Source: a virus (taxonomy: Duplodnaviria; Caudoviricetes). Taken from it: a stretch of DNA of 64,000 nt. The stretch spans positions 13,877 to 77,876 of IMG/VR virus record IMGVR_UViG_2974704529_000001; one strand, written 5' to 3'. The notes below the pieces were generated by a model. The model did not search any database and had not been told where the DNA came from. It saw nothing but the letters and a program-made list of their open reading frames with translations. Of the stretch, positions 45,712-53,914 are shown one piece after another. The number at the start of each line of letters is the position of its first letter. The stretch's first letter is position 1. The position numbers and the translations under genes were made by a program.

Positions 45712-45930
45712 ATGGCTTACAAGGTGGTTAAGATCACCGGCCCGAACTCCGCGATTGTGGAGCACGAGCCGGGCGAGGTTTTCGAGTACGCGAACATCGG
45801 CGGCACCGTTGTGTCGTACGTGCGGGTGGAACATGCGTTCGGCTGGAACGGCAAGTACCTTGCAGAGTTCGCCACTATCGACCAGCTCCGCACGTGGTGG
45901 AATTACGACCGGCTGCCTAAGGCGTCGTGA
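45712..45930 (+). CDS. Hypothetical protein
   Basis: GAGGAGG RBS. Confidence 0.65.
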   Translation: MAYKVVKITGPNSAIVEHEPGEVFEYANIGGTVVSYVRVEHAFGWNGKYLAEFATIDQLRTWWNYDRLPKAS

Positions 45931-46265
45931 GTAAGTGGCCGTGGCCTGCGGACACTAAGGACGACCGGTACCGCAGGATCATTGACCACTACCGGTCAGC
46001 CCTAGCGGAGATTGACCTAGAGGCTTGCCTGGTTGTCGATAAGAAAATGGCAGAGTACGGGCAACCGTGGGTGTCTGATAACTCAATTATCGACGTGAAC
46101 GAAATGCTGAGCGCTAAGCAACTATCTGAGCGGTTCGGCATTTCGGAGTGGGACGTGCGGAACTGGGCTAAGCGTCATCCCGACAAGATCAGGCGGCATA
46201 AGGCGGCTAACGGTCGGACGTTATTCCGTGTCGGGGACGTGCTCACTTTCCATGCGACCCGCTAG
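45927..46265 (+). CDS. HTH DNA-binding protein
   Basis: LSAKQLSERFGISEWDVRNW...RTLFRVGDV. Confidence 0.75.
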   Translation: MSKWPWPADTKDDRYRRIIDHYRSALAEIDLEACLVVDKKMAEYGQPWVSDNSIIDVNEMLSAKQLSERFGISEWDVRNWAKRHPDKIRRHKAANGRTLFRVGDVLTFHATR

Positions 46266-46312
46266 GGAACTCTTGGTCATGATTTAATTAAAGAGGGGAA
46301 AGTTGTACCCAA

Positions 46313-46726
46313 ATGTGGGCTGATATTCCTATTCCAGAACTTAAGGGGTACCAGGCCAGCGACCAAGGCAAGATTCGTGGCCCTCGCAAGGAATTGTCCG
46401 AGTGGCCCGACGAGCGGGGCTGTATGCGCGTTAAAGCGGCTGGGAGGCCGTGGGCGGTACATCTGCTCATGTTGCTGACGTTCGTTGGCCCTAGGGCTGA
46501 TGGGGCGGCTCCAAAGTGGCTCAACGGCGATCCCACTGACAACCGGCTTGTCAATCTCAAGTGGCAGATGCCGGATGATCCTGAGGTTCAGACGCGGGTC
46601 AATCGTTGCCGCAATGGTCACGTGTACTCACGAGAAAACACAAAGGTATGGGGTTCGGGTCACCGGGTTTGCCTAGATTGCGATAAGGGCGTCCCTAAGG
46701 TGATTCAGCTTCCGGAAGTGATTTAG
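46313..46726 (+). CDS. NUMOD4/HNH homing-endonuclease-like protein
   Basis: YQASDQGKIR, VHLLMLLTFVGP, NGDPTDNRLVNL and CRNGH motifs. Confidence 0.75.
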   Translation: MWADIPIPELKGYQASDQGKIRGPRKELSEWPDERGCMRVKAAGRPWAVHLLMLLTFVGPRADGAAPKWLNGDPTDNRLVNLKWQMPDDPEVQTRVNRCRNGHVYSRENTKVWGSGHRVCLDCDKGVPKVIQLPEVI

Positions 46727-46772
46727 CGCGCCCGTCCAACGAGGAAACTGGACGGTTCTGGCTGCGCTGAGG

Positions 46773-46812
46773 CGGGTGTCCTGGCGAGGGGTCGGGGCAC
46801 CCGCCTTTCTCT
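46773..46812 (+). terminator. Terminator-like hairpin
   Basis: GGCGGGTGTCC pairs with GGGCACCCGCC, followed by TTTCTCTT. Confidence 0.5.
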
Positions 46813-46824
46813 TAAGGGGGTGCG

Positions 46825-47064
46825 GTGAAGCCATCTGACTATGCGTGGTTGGCATTGCTTAGCGCGATTGTCGGATACGAGATTGCGGCACCACCCGGCG
46901 AGCTACTTAGTGAAGGCTGGGACCGCTACTTGCAGAGGTTTCCAATTGGCGCGCGTGTGCTGCCGTTGGTGTTGACCTTGCATGTGATTAATGCGCTGCC
47001 TGAACGCTATGACCCGGTTCACCGGTTGTCTGTGCTGTTCGCGGCGCTTGGGGGAAAGAATTGA
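46825..47064 (+). CDS. Small membrane protein
   Basis: AWLAL...GYEIAAPPGELLSEGWD actinophage motif. Confidence 0.7.
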   Translation: MKPSDYAWLALLSAIVGYEIAAPPGELLSEGWDRYLQRFPIGARVLPLVLTLHVINALPERYDPVHRLSVLFAALGGKN

Positions 47065-47414
47065 CCACTAGGGACGCTATTAACCCGTCGCACTACAAAG
47101 ACGGGTGGTCGGATAACGCTGAGCTGATCAGCATTACTGAAAACTTGACCAGCTCGGGTGGGCAGGCTGTGCAGTACATTGCACGCGCTACTCGACTGGA
47201 TACGAGCAAAAACAAGGGTAAGAACACACTTGAGTGGATTCAAGACCTAGAGAAGGCTAAGTGGTTCCTTGACCGGGAGATTAAGCGTCTCCGGAGCAAG
47301 ACTGCGCAGCCGGTTAAGCCGATTCTCATTAACGAGTATGCGGTGCCGTTTCCTAGCGCGGTCGACCACATGAAGGCGCTGCGCAACGAGTGGCACCCTA
47401 GGGCGTTCGCGTGA
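47061..47414 (+). CDS. DUF3310-like protein
   Basis: INPSHY...AVQYIARA...QDLEKAKWFL. Confidence 0.8.
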   Translation: MTTRDAINPSHYKDGWSDNAELISITENLTSSGGQAVQYIARATRLDTSKNKGKNTLEWIQDLEKAKWFLDREIKRLRSKTAQPVKPILINEYAVPFPSAVDHMKALRNEWHPRAFA

Positions 47415-48196
47415 GCGCCCGCGTCCTAATCCTCGACATTGAGACGCAGCGGGCCGTCGTTGAGACGTTCGGCCTGTTCAAGCAGTTCATTGGGATTGAT
47501 CAGGTCCAGGTGCCGACGCGTGTCCTGTGCTGGGCTGCTAAGTGGCGCGGCGAGGATCGCGTGATGTTCAAGGCCGCGTGGGACGACCGCGACGAGGCTG
47601 CTTACCGAAGCATGATGCAGGTGATGTGGGATGCGCTGGATAGCGCCGACATCGTTGTGACGTGGAACGGTGATCGGTTCGACCTGCAATGGCTTGAGGC
47701 TGAGTTCCTACGCCTAGGTATGGGCCGTCCGCTGCCGTACAAGTCGGTTGACTTGATTAAGACGGTGCGCCGCTGGTTTAAGGGCGGGCTGATGAGCATG
47801 AAGCTCGATTGGTCGTCTCGCATGATCCTTAAGGATCGCAAGGTTCATCACGGAGGGAGTGACCTCTGGTGGGATATTAGGCACGGTACGCGGGCTGAGA
47901 AGCGCGCTGCGCAGAAGATTATGCGTGAGTACAACGAACATGACGTAGAGCTAACGGCCCGTCTGTTTGAAACTCACTTGCCTTATCGGACTGATCTGAA
48001 CTTGGCGCTGTATGAGGACACGGTTGATGACGGTGTTGAGCGTTGCGTTAAGTGCAATAGCGAGAATTTGAAGAAGGATGGCGTGAAGGCTTACGTCACT
48101 TCGGCGGGTGTTTATCAGATGTTCCGCTGTAAGGACTGTGGGGCGACTTCGCGCGGTAAGCGTATTCGCGGCACGACCGAATTGAGGCCGGTGTGA
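47411..48196 (+). CDS. RNase H-like/DnaQ-like 3'-5' exonuclease with C-terminal Zn ribbon
   Basis: LDIET, TWNGDRFD, YNEHDV; CVKC...CKDC. Confidence 0.85.
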   Translation: MSARVLILDIETQRAVVETFGLFKQFIGIDQVQVPTRVLCWAAKWRGEDRVMFKAAWDDRDEAAYRSMMQVMWDALDSADIVVTWNGDRFDLQWLEAEFLRLGMGRPLPYKSVDLIKTVRRWFKGGLMSMKLDWSSRMILKDRKVHHGGSDLWWDIRHGTRAEKRAAQKIMREYNEHDVELTARLFETHLPYRTDLNLALYEDTVDDGVERCVKCNSENLKKDGVKAYVTSAGVYQMFRCKDCGATSRGKRIRGTTELRPV

Positions 48197-48402
48197 CGGA
48201 TACATCTGAGTTCATGCCGGGCGGCGATCACGCGGGCTGTCGTGTCATGTCCCTAACCCCTGGTGGGCCGTGGGTCTGTATCGGTATGCACTGTGCATTT
48301 TGCGGTAAGCCCTGCGGAGCGCAGGGCCATATGGATTGTTGGGAGAAATCGAAACATGAAGCCAGTGGCGCAGCCGAACCAGTTGCACCAGATGATCGTT
48401 AG
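48193..48402 (+). CDS. Small Cys/His-rich protein
   Basis: Cys/His pattern; overlap coupling. Confidence 0.5.
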   Translation: MTDTSEFMPGGDHAGCRVMSLTPGGPWVCIGMHCAFCGKPCGAQGHMDCWEKSKHEASGAAEPVAPDDR

Positions 48403-48538
48403 TTCACTGCTCGACAATAAGCAGGTGTATGTCCCTGCCCCTAAGGGTGTGGATGGTCCTGGTCATTGGCGGGGCGCGTTGGCGAACAACGTGTCGGAGC
48501 TGAACATGGATCGCGCGGCTAAGCGGTGGCTTAAGTGA
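48356..48538 (+). CDS. Small hypothetical protein
   Basis: ATG after GGGAGA. Confidence 0.45.
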   Translation: MKPVAQPNQLHQMIVSSLLDNKQVYVPAPKGVDGPGHWRGALANNVSELNMDRAAKRWLK

Positions 48539-48723
48539 GCGACACCGTTTACATGCTGTACGACCCCGACGCCAAAGGTAAGGGTCGTTTCAGCCTAGGT
48601 GGGGGTTCGTCCACGCCTAGCGCGCCTCGTGTGTACGACACGCCAGAGGAGGCGGTGCGGATGCGTAAGCGCTATTTCCCGCGCGCTCTCGTCCTACCGG
48701 TGAGGCTTCGCGGCGGTGAGTAA
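48535..48723 (+). CDS. Small hypothetical protein
   Basis: GTGA overlap. Confidence 0.55.
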   Translation: MSDTVYMLYDPDAKGKGRFSLGGGSSTPSAPRVYDTPEEAVRMRKRYFPRALVLPVRLRGGE

Positions 48724-48907
48724 AGAAGCAGCGTCCCGGCGGCAGGAATTGCGCCGGTCCAACGCGGCGGTCCCACACCGGAACCGTTACCGGGAGCGTA
48801 AGGCTGGTCTGATCACTCCTGGCGGTAATCCGCTGTGTGAAGAGTGCGGGGACTGGTACACAGGACGCCACGATTGCGGGGTGGACGATGCCGGGGAACC
48901 TTCGTAA
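48716..48907 (+). CDS. Small basic protein
   Basis: RRQELRRSNAAVPH motif common in actinophages. Confidence 0.6.
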   Translation: MSKEAASRRQELRRSNAAVPHRNRYRERKAGLITPGGNPLCEECGDWYTGRHDCGVDDAGEPS

Positions 48908-49310
48908 AAAGGGTGGGACTGGCAAGACTGAGCGTGATTACCTTAGGGCGCGTAACCGCGTACTGAGGCAGTCTCAGATTTGCGCACTCCCAAGTTGCCG
49001 AAAGGCAATTGACCTCACCCTTAAGCCGATCTGCCAGTTCGTGGATACGAGCAAGTACACGGTAGAGACGGCGCACTTGATTCCTTTGGACTGTGGCCCT
49101 GAATGTCGGGAGCTTAAGCACTTCCGTAAGAGCAATCCGTGGGGCAAGTCCGCTAACCACAAAATCTCGGTGGCCTCGTTGCCGCCTGATTCACCACTGT
49201 TGGCGTCCGCTAAGAATCTTGAGCCTATGCACTTGAAGTGTAATCAGGAGCTTGGAGACGGCAAAAACGCTAAGCCTCGGAATAAGACTTCGAGAGATTG
49301 GTTCGCATAG
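48888..49310 (+). CDS. HNH endonuclease
   Basis: ICALPSCRKAID...ANH...NLEPMHLKCN. Confidence 0.75.
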   Translation: MPGNLRKKGGTGKTERDYLRARNRVLRQSQICALPSCRKAIDLTLKPICQFVDTSKYTVETAHLIPLDCGPECRELKHFRKSNPWGKSANHKISVASLPPDSPLLASAKNLEPMHLKCNQELGDGKNAKPRNKTSRDWFA

Positions 49311-49528
49311 TGTCGGATAATTCTTCGCCCGACGACCAGGGCAATATCATGGTCGGGGAGCTGCGCATCGTTCAGTACATTGACGGTGACGGCACCCTTA
49401 ATACCGTGGATTTGTCTCAGGGGCCGGGTGGCGCTGAGCTTGAGGACGAGGCGTATTCGCAGTTGCTCGATTGGGGCCACGCGTTCACGTTGGCTCCGAA
49501 GGTGGCGGCGATTCTCGCTAATGAGTGA
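49298..49528 (+). CDS. Hypothetical protein
   Basis: Conserved-looking acidic small protein. Confidence 0.6.
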   Translation: MVRIVSDNSSPDDQGNIMVGELRIVQYIDGDGTLNTVDLSQGPGGAELEDEAYSQLLDWGHAFTLAPKVAAILANE

Positions 49529-49640
49529 GGTTTACACGTCGGAGGTTTTCGCGCGCTGTTTGGAGTGCGACGATTCGATCCGGCAGGGCGATGAGATTAC
49601 TGAGTATGCGGGGGAGCTGTTTCATGCCGAGTGCGTCTAA
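49521..49640 (+). CDS. Small Zn-binding protein
   Basis: CLEC...FHAEC. Confidence 0.5.
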   Translation: MSEVYTSEVFARCLECDDSIRQGDEITEYAGELFHAECV

Positions 49641-49774
49641 GGTCAAGCGGCCTTGCGTGGAGTGCGGCAAGTCAGTTCCTACAGATCGTTTCCATAAGAT
49701 TTATGGGCGCGGTTGGAGCAAGCTATTTCATGTGGAGTGCGCCCCAGATCAAATAGAAGCCACCGGGACGCGTC

Positions 49775-49978
49775 ATGTCGAATAGCTGGACGGACCATAT
49801 GCGGTCGCTGCTAGGACAGCAGGTTGTGGTTGTGCTCAATCGTGAGCCGCTAGCTGCGGTTGTCGGTGAGCTGTTGTCGTTTGACGAGGGCGGCGAGGTC
49901 GTCATTCGTGACGATGGCGGCTTTGTGCGTTGGTGCTGGCCTGCATTGGAGGCAGAGCGTCGTGGAGTTCAAAGCTAA
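49775..49978 (+). CDS. Small Sm/Hfq-like beta protein
   Basis: LLGQQVVVVL...VGELLSFDEGGEVVI pattern. Confidence 0.5.
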   Translation: MSNSWTDHMRSLLGQQVVVVLNREPLAAVVGELLSFDEGGEVVIRDDGGFVRWCWPALEAERRGVQS

Positions 49979-50151
49979 GTGCTGTACGCCAGGACATGAC
50001 TGGTGTGATCCGTGCTGCGTGTGTGGTGAGCCGGAGGGCATTAATGAGCGGCCTGATCTTGCGCCGCCGTCGAATCCGGTTCCGTCGCGTATCAAGCGGA
50101 AGATCAATAATCCTTGGCCGACCGAGAATCGTTGGAAAAAGTAGCAGTAAG

Positions 50152-50224
50152 GCCACCTTAGCTCAGTTGGTAGAGCGGTTCCTTCGTAACGAACAGGTCA
50201 GCGGTTCGATTCCGCTAGGTGGCT
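50152..50224 (+). tRNA. tRNA-Thr(CGT)
   Basis: Cloverleaf paired manually; loop TTCGTAA. Confidence 0.9.
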
Positions 50225-50255
50225 CGTGAGTATATAACTAAATAGAGGAGATATT

Positions 50256-50408
50256 ATGGCTTTGATTTCTGATCCGGTTGAGGTTGACCCGATTCAGGTT
50301 GGCCGGGATGCGCTCGGTTGGGTGCAGGAACTTCGGGACCGTAAGGCGTGGCCTAAGGCTGAGATTCCGGAGCAGGCTAAGAAGCCCGCTAAGGTCGGGA
50401 ATAGCTAG
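50256..50408 (+). CDS. 50-aa hypothetical protein
   Basis: GAGGAG RBS; manual translation MALISDPVEVDP... Confidence 0.65.
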   Translation: MALISDPVEVDPIQVGRDALGWVQELRDRKAWPKAEIPEQAKKPAKVGNS

Positions 50409-50428
50409 TTAGTCCCCTTCGGGGGTTT

Positions 50429-50502
50429 CTGCTTGTAGCTCAGCTTGGTAGAGCGCCCGCTTTGGGAGCGGGAAGTCGCAGGTTCAAATCCTGCTTGGCA
50501 GA
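50429..50502 (+). tRNA. tRNA-Pro(TGG)
   Basis: Cloverleaf; loop TTTGGGA. Confidence 0.9.
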
Positions 50503-50530
50503 CGTTAGGGATTACCCCGCCTCACGGCGT

Positions 50531-50631
50531 GTGGCCCCTCGGTTAGTCCACCGACTGAACGGCTTGGTCTAGTAGGTGTGAGCCTGCCAGCGTTGCAGAT
50601 CGTATAACTGTCGGCCCGGTGCAGGGGGCAC
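50531..50631 (+). ncRNA. Structured RNA candidate between tRNAs
   Basis: GTGGCCCCT/AGGGGGCAC closing stem with internal hairpins. Confidence 0.35.
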
Positions 50632-50688
50632 TGATCGTAAGCAAATATGCGCCGCTCTTGGTCCAGGGTGTTAGGCAAAAGGCCGTAT

Positions 50689-50764
50689 AGCTCGGTAGCT
50701 CAATTGGTAGAGCAGCGGTCTCCAAAGCCGCCGGTTCGGGGTTCGAGTCCCTGTCGGGTTGCCA
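50689..50764 (+). tRNA. tRNA-Trp(CCA)
   Basis: Cloverleaf; loop CTCCAAA; encoded CCA end. Confidence 0.9.
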
Positions 50765-50794
50765 ATGCAGTACAGGCCATGTACTATATGTGTC

Positions 50795-51103
50795 ATGAGA
50801 TACGCAGAGGTCGAGTACCGCATAGCTGACCTTTACCGGCTGCATCGCTACGATGCGTTCGCCAATCCCGATAAGGTTGGCCTTGGCAGGTGTGGTTGCG
50901 GTGAGGATATGTACTACTCGGGGCATGATCTGCATTTCGGTCGTGCGGTGGCGGCTGCGCTCAAGCTGGGCGACGAATGCCGGGCTTGTAAGGCTGAGAT
51001 TTACTACCACGACGACGTTAGGCAGTGGTTCCATCGCGCCGATGTTGGCGACCGGCCTACGTGCCGGTTTGGGGATGGCCCAGTGACGGAGCTGGTCGAA
51101 TGA
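50795..51103 (+). CDS. Cys/His-rich hypothetical protein
   Basis: CGCG...H; CRAC...C pattern. Confidence 0.55.
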   Translation: MRYAEVEYRIADLYRLHRYDAFANPDKVGLGRCGCGEDMYYSGHDLHFGRAVAAALKLGDECRACKAEIYYHDDVRQWFHRADVGDRPTCRFGDGPVTELVE

Positions 51104-51348
51104 CCGACAAGCCGCACGCCTTCATCCCAAAGGGCACGCTTCCCGCTCCCGCGTCATGCAACGTCTGCGGACGGTCAGCGTTCCACAGCATTCACGACGC
51201 AACGCCTGTCGAGAGGCTTCAACGTATCGAGCGGATCGCGTCGGCGGCGTCCTGGCAGGAACGTGCATCGAATCCGACTGACTTCGCCCGATTCTGTAAC
51301 GAGATTCTGTGTGCGGTCGATATAGACAGCTTGGACGGCTTAACGTAG
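51100..51348 (+). CDS. Hypothetical protein
   Basis: SCNVCGRS..HSIH; overlap coupling. Confidence 0.55.
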   Translation: MTDKPHAFIPKGTLPAPASCNVCGRSAFHSIHDATPVERLQRIERIASAASWQERASNPTDFARFCNEILCAVDIDSLDGLT

Positions 51349-51361
51349 CCACAGATTTACC

Positions 51362-51435
51362 GGCCCTCTAGCCCAATTGGCAGAGGCAATAGGCTTAGAC
51401 CCTATCCAGTGCGAGTTCGAGTCTCGCGGGGGCCA
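51362..51435 (+). tRNA. tRNA-Leu(TAG), short variable loop
   Basis: Cloverleaf; loop CTTAGAC. Confidence 0.88.
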
Positions 51436-51509
51436 CGCGAGGTAGCTTAAGGAGCAAAGCCCCCGACTGTGACTCGGGTGATTCGGGTGCAAGTCCCGGC
51501 CTGTCGCCA
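51436..51509 (+). tRNA. tRNA-His(GTG)
   Basis: Loop CTGTGAC; acceptor stem has two mismatches; atypical T loop TGCAAGT. Confidence 0.75.
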
Positions 51510-51510
51510 A

Positions 51511-51585
51511 TGACCGCTAGCACAATTAGGCAGTTGCGCCGGAATCTGACTCCGGAGGTTCCAGGTTCGATTCCTGGGTGGTCAG
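51511..51585 (+). tRNA. tRNA-Gln(CTG)
   Basis: Cloverleaf; loop ATCTGAC. Confidence 0.85.
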
Positions 51586-51742
51586 CGTGAATAGGGGGAA
51601 TGATGTTCAGTAAGAATGCGTGCAATCAGTCGTTCGGCTGGATTTAGAGGACACGAGGAGCGGGCATCACGATTGGGGTTGGTGTTGGTTGCGGTGATGC
51701 ACGTCGTTAGCAGGTTGGGCGCTGTCCTCGATATAGCCCACT

Positions 51743-51816
51743 GTGCTAGTAACCCATGTTGGCTGGGTGCCACTCTTCCAAAGTGGATTTCGCGGGTTCG
51801 ATTCCTGTCTAGCACA
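51743..51816 (+). tRNA. tRNA-Gly(TCC)
   Basis: Cloverleaf; loop CTTCCAA. Confidence 0.88.
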
Positions 51817-51851
51817 CACCCACCCTGTTCTCTCGTTAGGCAGGGTCTTTT

Positions 51852-51927
51852 GCCTCGTTAGCTCAGTTGGTAGAGCTGCCGACTCTTAATCGGTAGGTCA
51901 CAGGTTCAAGTCCTGTACGGGGTACCA
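51852..51927 (+). tRNA. tRNA-Lys(CTT)
   Basis: Cloverleaf; loop CTCTTAA; CCA end. Confidence 0.92.
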
Positions 51928-51928
51928 C

Positions 51929-52016
51929 GGAGAGTAAAGCAGCGGGGAGTCCCGCGACCAGCCTTGAAAGCTGGGAAGCCGTAATGGAGCTTGGGGATCA
52001 AGACCTCTGCTCTCCA
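51929..52016 (+). tRNA. tRNA-Ser(TGA)-like, non-canonical D and T loops
   Basis: GGAGAGT/GCTCTCC acceptor; CCAGC-CTTGAAA-GCTGG; long variable arm; T loop ATCAAGA. Confidence 0.6.
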
Positions 52017-52058
52017 CTTTGAGAAACGTACTCATGCTGACTTACTTGGGGGTGGTCT

Positions 52059-52748
52059 GTGTCTAAGGTGCTTAGCCTTTACGGCACACGGTCATCTAAG
52101 TATTGGTCGGAAGCTCCGGCGAAGATGGACGCGCTGAATCTGCGTGCGATCTTCCCGTCGAGCAATCCGTTCGGTTTCCCTGATCTTGAGCGTTGCGATT
52201 GGGTGCCTGATTACCTGGGGGCGTGGCATCTGCCGCGTCAGCGGGAGCGCGCAGCTCGGGAGAACGGCGCAATTCACTTCTTTTTGGACGACTACCGTTT
52301 TGAGACGGCGTTTACGAGCCCTGAGAGGACGCTGGGGCGAGTTACGGCGGTCGGTGGTGCCCTGACACCCGATTTCAGTTTGTGGCGCGATATGCCGCGT
52401 GCAGCGCAGCTTTGGAACGTGTACCGGTCCCGCTGGTGTGGCGCGTACTGGCAGAGCCAGGGCGTGAACGTCGTTCCTACGGTCTGCTGGGCACGCCCTG
52501 ACACGTTCGACTTCTGCTTTGAGGGTCTGCCTCGGGGTGGGCCTGTGGCGGTGTCTGCGGTGGGTGTGCGGGCGAAGCCCGAGGATCAAGCGCTGTTCCG
52601 TGAGGGCCTGGCCGCGATGGTCGAGCGCCTTGAGCCGGCGATTTTGCTTAGCTACGGGCGGCTGGTGCATGTGGAGGGCTTAGACCTGCCACCTGTGCGG
52701 GAGTTTCCGACGTTCTGGGATGAGCGCCGTAAGGCTGTTAACGCTTAG
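52059..52748 (+). CDS. DUF4417-domain protein
   Basis: IHFFLDDYRFE, PDFSLWRDMP and GAYWQSQGVNVVPT motifs. Confidence 0.8.
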   Translation: MSKVLSLYGTRSSKYWSEAPAKMDALNLRAIFPSSNPFGFPDLERCDWVPDYLGAWHLPRQRERAARENGAIHFFLDDYRFETAFTSPERTLGRVTAVGGALTPDFSLWRDMPRAAQLWNVYRSRWCGAYWQSQGVNVVPTVCWARPDTFDFCFEGLPRGGPVAVSAVGVRAKPEDQALFREGLAAMVERLEPAILLSYGRLVHVEGLDLPPVREFPTFWDERRKAVNA

Positions 52749-52757
52749 GGGGTGCTC

Positions 52758-53111
52758 ATGGGCGGTCGTGGTGGTGGCGGTGGTGGCCCGGTTAGTTCCC
52801 GGTCGTCCACGGTGACGCTGTATCACAGGACTTCTGCGAGTGCGGCGCGTGACATTGTGGATCGTGGGTTTCAGCCGCAGTTCCGGCCTGGCATGGATAA
52901 GTCTTACCGTGATGAGAACTCGCAGTATGGGTTCTTTAGTAAGACGGTTAATGGCCAGGAGGGTTACGGCCAGAATGTTGTGGCCGTGGAGGTTCCGAAG
53001 TCTGCTGTTGAGCGTGATCCGTGGTCGGGTCATGTTCGGGTGCGGGTTGAGGAGCTTAGAAACGCAAACTTCCGGCACTATGAAGGTAAGCGCCGGAAGA
53101 AGCTATCTTAA
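52758..53111 (+). CDS. MGGRG-leader protein with an ADP-ribosyltransferase-like fold
   Basis: TLYHRT...ARDIVDRGF, YGFFS and YG..VVAVEV resemble ART strand motifs. Confidence 0.5.
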   Translation: MGGRGGGGGGPVSSRSSTVTLYHRTSASAARDIVDRGFQPQFRPGMDKSYRDENSQYGFFSKTVNGQEGYGQNVVAVEVPKSAVERDPWSGHVRVRVEELRNANFRHYEGKRRKKLS

Positions 53112-53116
53112 GTTGT

Positions 53117-53187
53117 GCCGTTGTGTCCGAGTGGTTAGGTGCCAGGCTGCAAACCTGGTTAGTCGCGTTCGATTCGCGGGGACGGCT
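53117..53187 (+). tRNA. tRNA-Cys(GCA)
   Basis: Cloverleaf; loop CTGCAAA. Confidence 0.88.
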
Positions 53188-53193
53188 CTTTTA

Positions 53194-53310
53194 GGCGACT
53201 GGCATTCCGAAGCGGAGCGCCGCTCTAGCCATACGCCGGTAACGGTCCTTAGCCTTTGGGCCAAGGTCGTTCCAGGTGGTGTGGCCGGGGATGGGTTCGC
53301 CCTTGTCGCC
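53194..53310 (+). ncRNA. Cloverleaf-like structured RNA with a very long central arm
   Basis: GGCGAC/GTCGCC closing stem, short 5' hairpin, ~65-nt irregular hairpin, GGG-TTCG-CCC hairpin. Confidence 0.45.
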
Positions 53311-53360
53311 GGTTGGCAGGCTGGCTAGGAATACCGCTTTGGCGGCTGCGTCCTGGTCCA

Positions 53361-53504
53361 TCAGTTGCCGTCATCCCAGTTGTTGGGCTTGATCACGCCT
53401 TTACGCATGAGCCAGCCCTTGAGCTTGAAGTAGACGCCTACGGGCCACAGGAGACGGCCCAGACCGGCCCAGCCGGGTTCGATGTCGTCGTGGTTGCTGC
53501 TCAT
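53361..53504 (-). CDS. 47-aa hypothetical protein
   Basis: Manual translation MSSNHDDIEPGW...; GGAGG RBS. Confidence 0.55.
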   Translation of the reverse strand: MSSNHDDIEPGWAGLGRLLWPVGVYFKLKGWLMRKGVIKPNNWDDGN

Positions 53505-53641
53505 TCTTCCTCCATCCATACATGGGCGTCAGGCATGATGCCCAACAGGTTGTTGACCAGACGGTCAGCCTTCTCGTGGTCTATGTCGCTAAGCACGATC
53601 CGGTCGTCGTCTATGGCGTCCTTCATCCAGACAGTCCACAT
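53501..53641 (-). CDS. 46-aa hypothetical protein
   Basis: Manual translation MWTVWMKD...; ATGA overlap. Confidence 0.5.
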   Translation of the reverse strand: MWTVWMKDAIDDDRIVLSDIDHEKADRLVNNLLGIMPDAHVWMEEE

Positions 53642-53645
53642 ACAT

Positions 53646-53718
53646 TCCTCCGTAGCTCAATTGGCAGAGCGCGCGACTGTTAATCGCGTGGTTGGTGGTT
53701 CGAGTCCACCCGTTGGAG
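53646..53718 (+). tRNA. tRNA-Asn(GTT)
   Basis: Cloverleaf; loop CTGTTAA. Confidence 0.88.
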
Positions 53719-53722
53719 CTTA

Positions 53723-53911
53723 TTAACGCTTAATCGTCACGGTGGCGGTAAGGCCGTGCTTCTCGATTTGGTGCTGTACCGCTTCGGCGGCTAGTTCACG
53801 TATGAACGTTTTAGCGGTGAGCGGTCCGACGAGGCTAAATTCCTCTATCCACTTGTCCAGGTCTGTTGTGCAGACGAGGGTGATGAGGAATTGACCTTTA
53901 GGTCGTTGCAT
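53723..53911 (-). CDS. Hypothetical protein
   Basis: MQRPKG start directly after tRNA-Lys(TTT). Confidence 0.5.
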   Translation of the reverse strand: MQRPKGQFLITLVCTTDLDKWIEEFSLVGPLTAKTFIRELAAEAVQHQIEKHGLTATVTIKR

Positions 53912-53914
53912 GGG

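Noticed and set aside
39646-50631. Known self-cleaving ribozymes in the structured intergenic elements
   Set aside because: I could not find hammerhead (CTGATGA/GAAA), twister, pistol or HDV core consensus in the required arrangement by eye.
53194-53274. Amber-suppressor/Pyl tRNA (CTCTAGC loop, GGTCGTTCCA end)
   Set aside because: The bases flanking CTCTAGC do not form an anticodon stem and there is no T-loop consensus. The longer 117-nt fold explains the pairing better.
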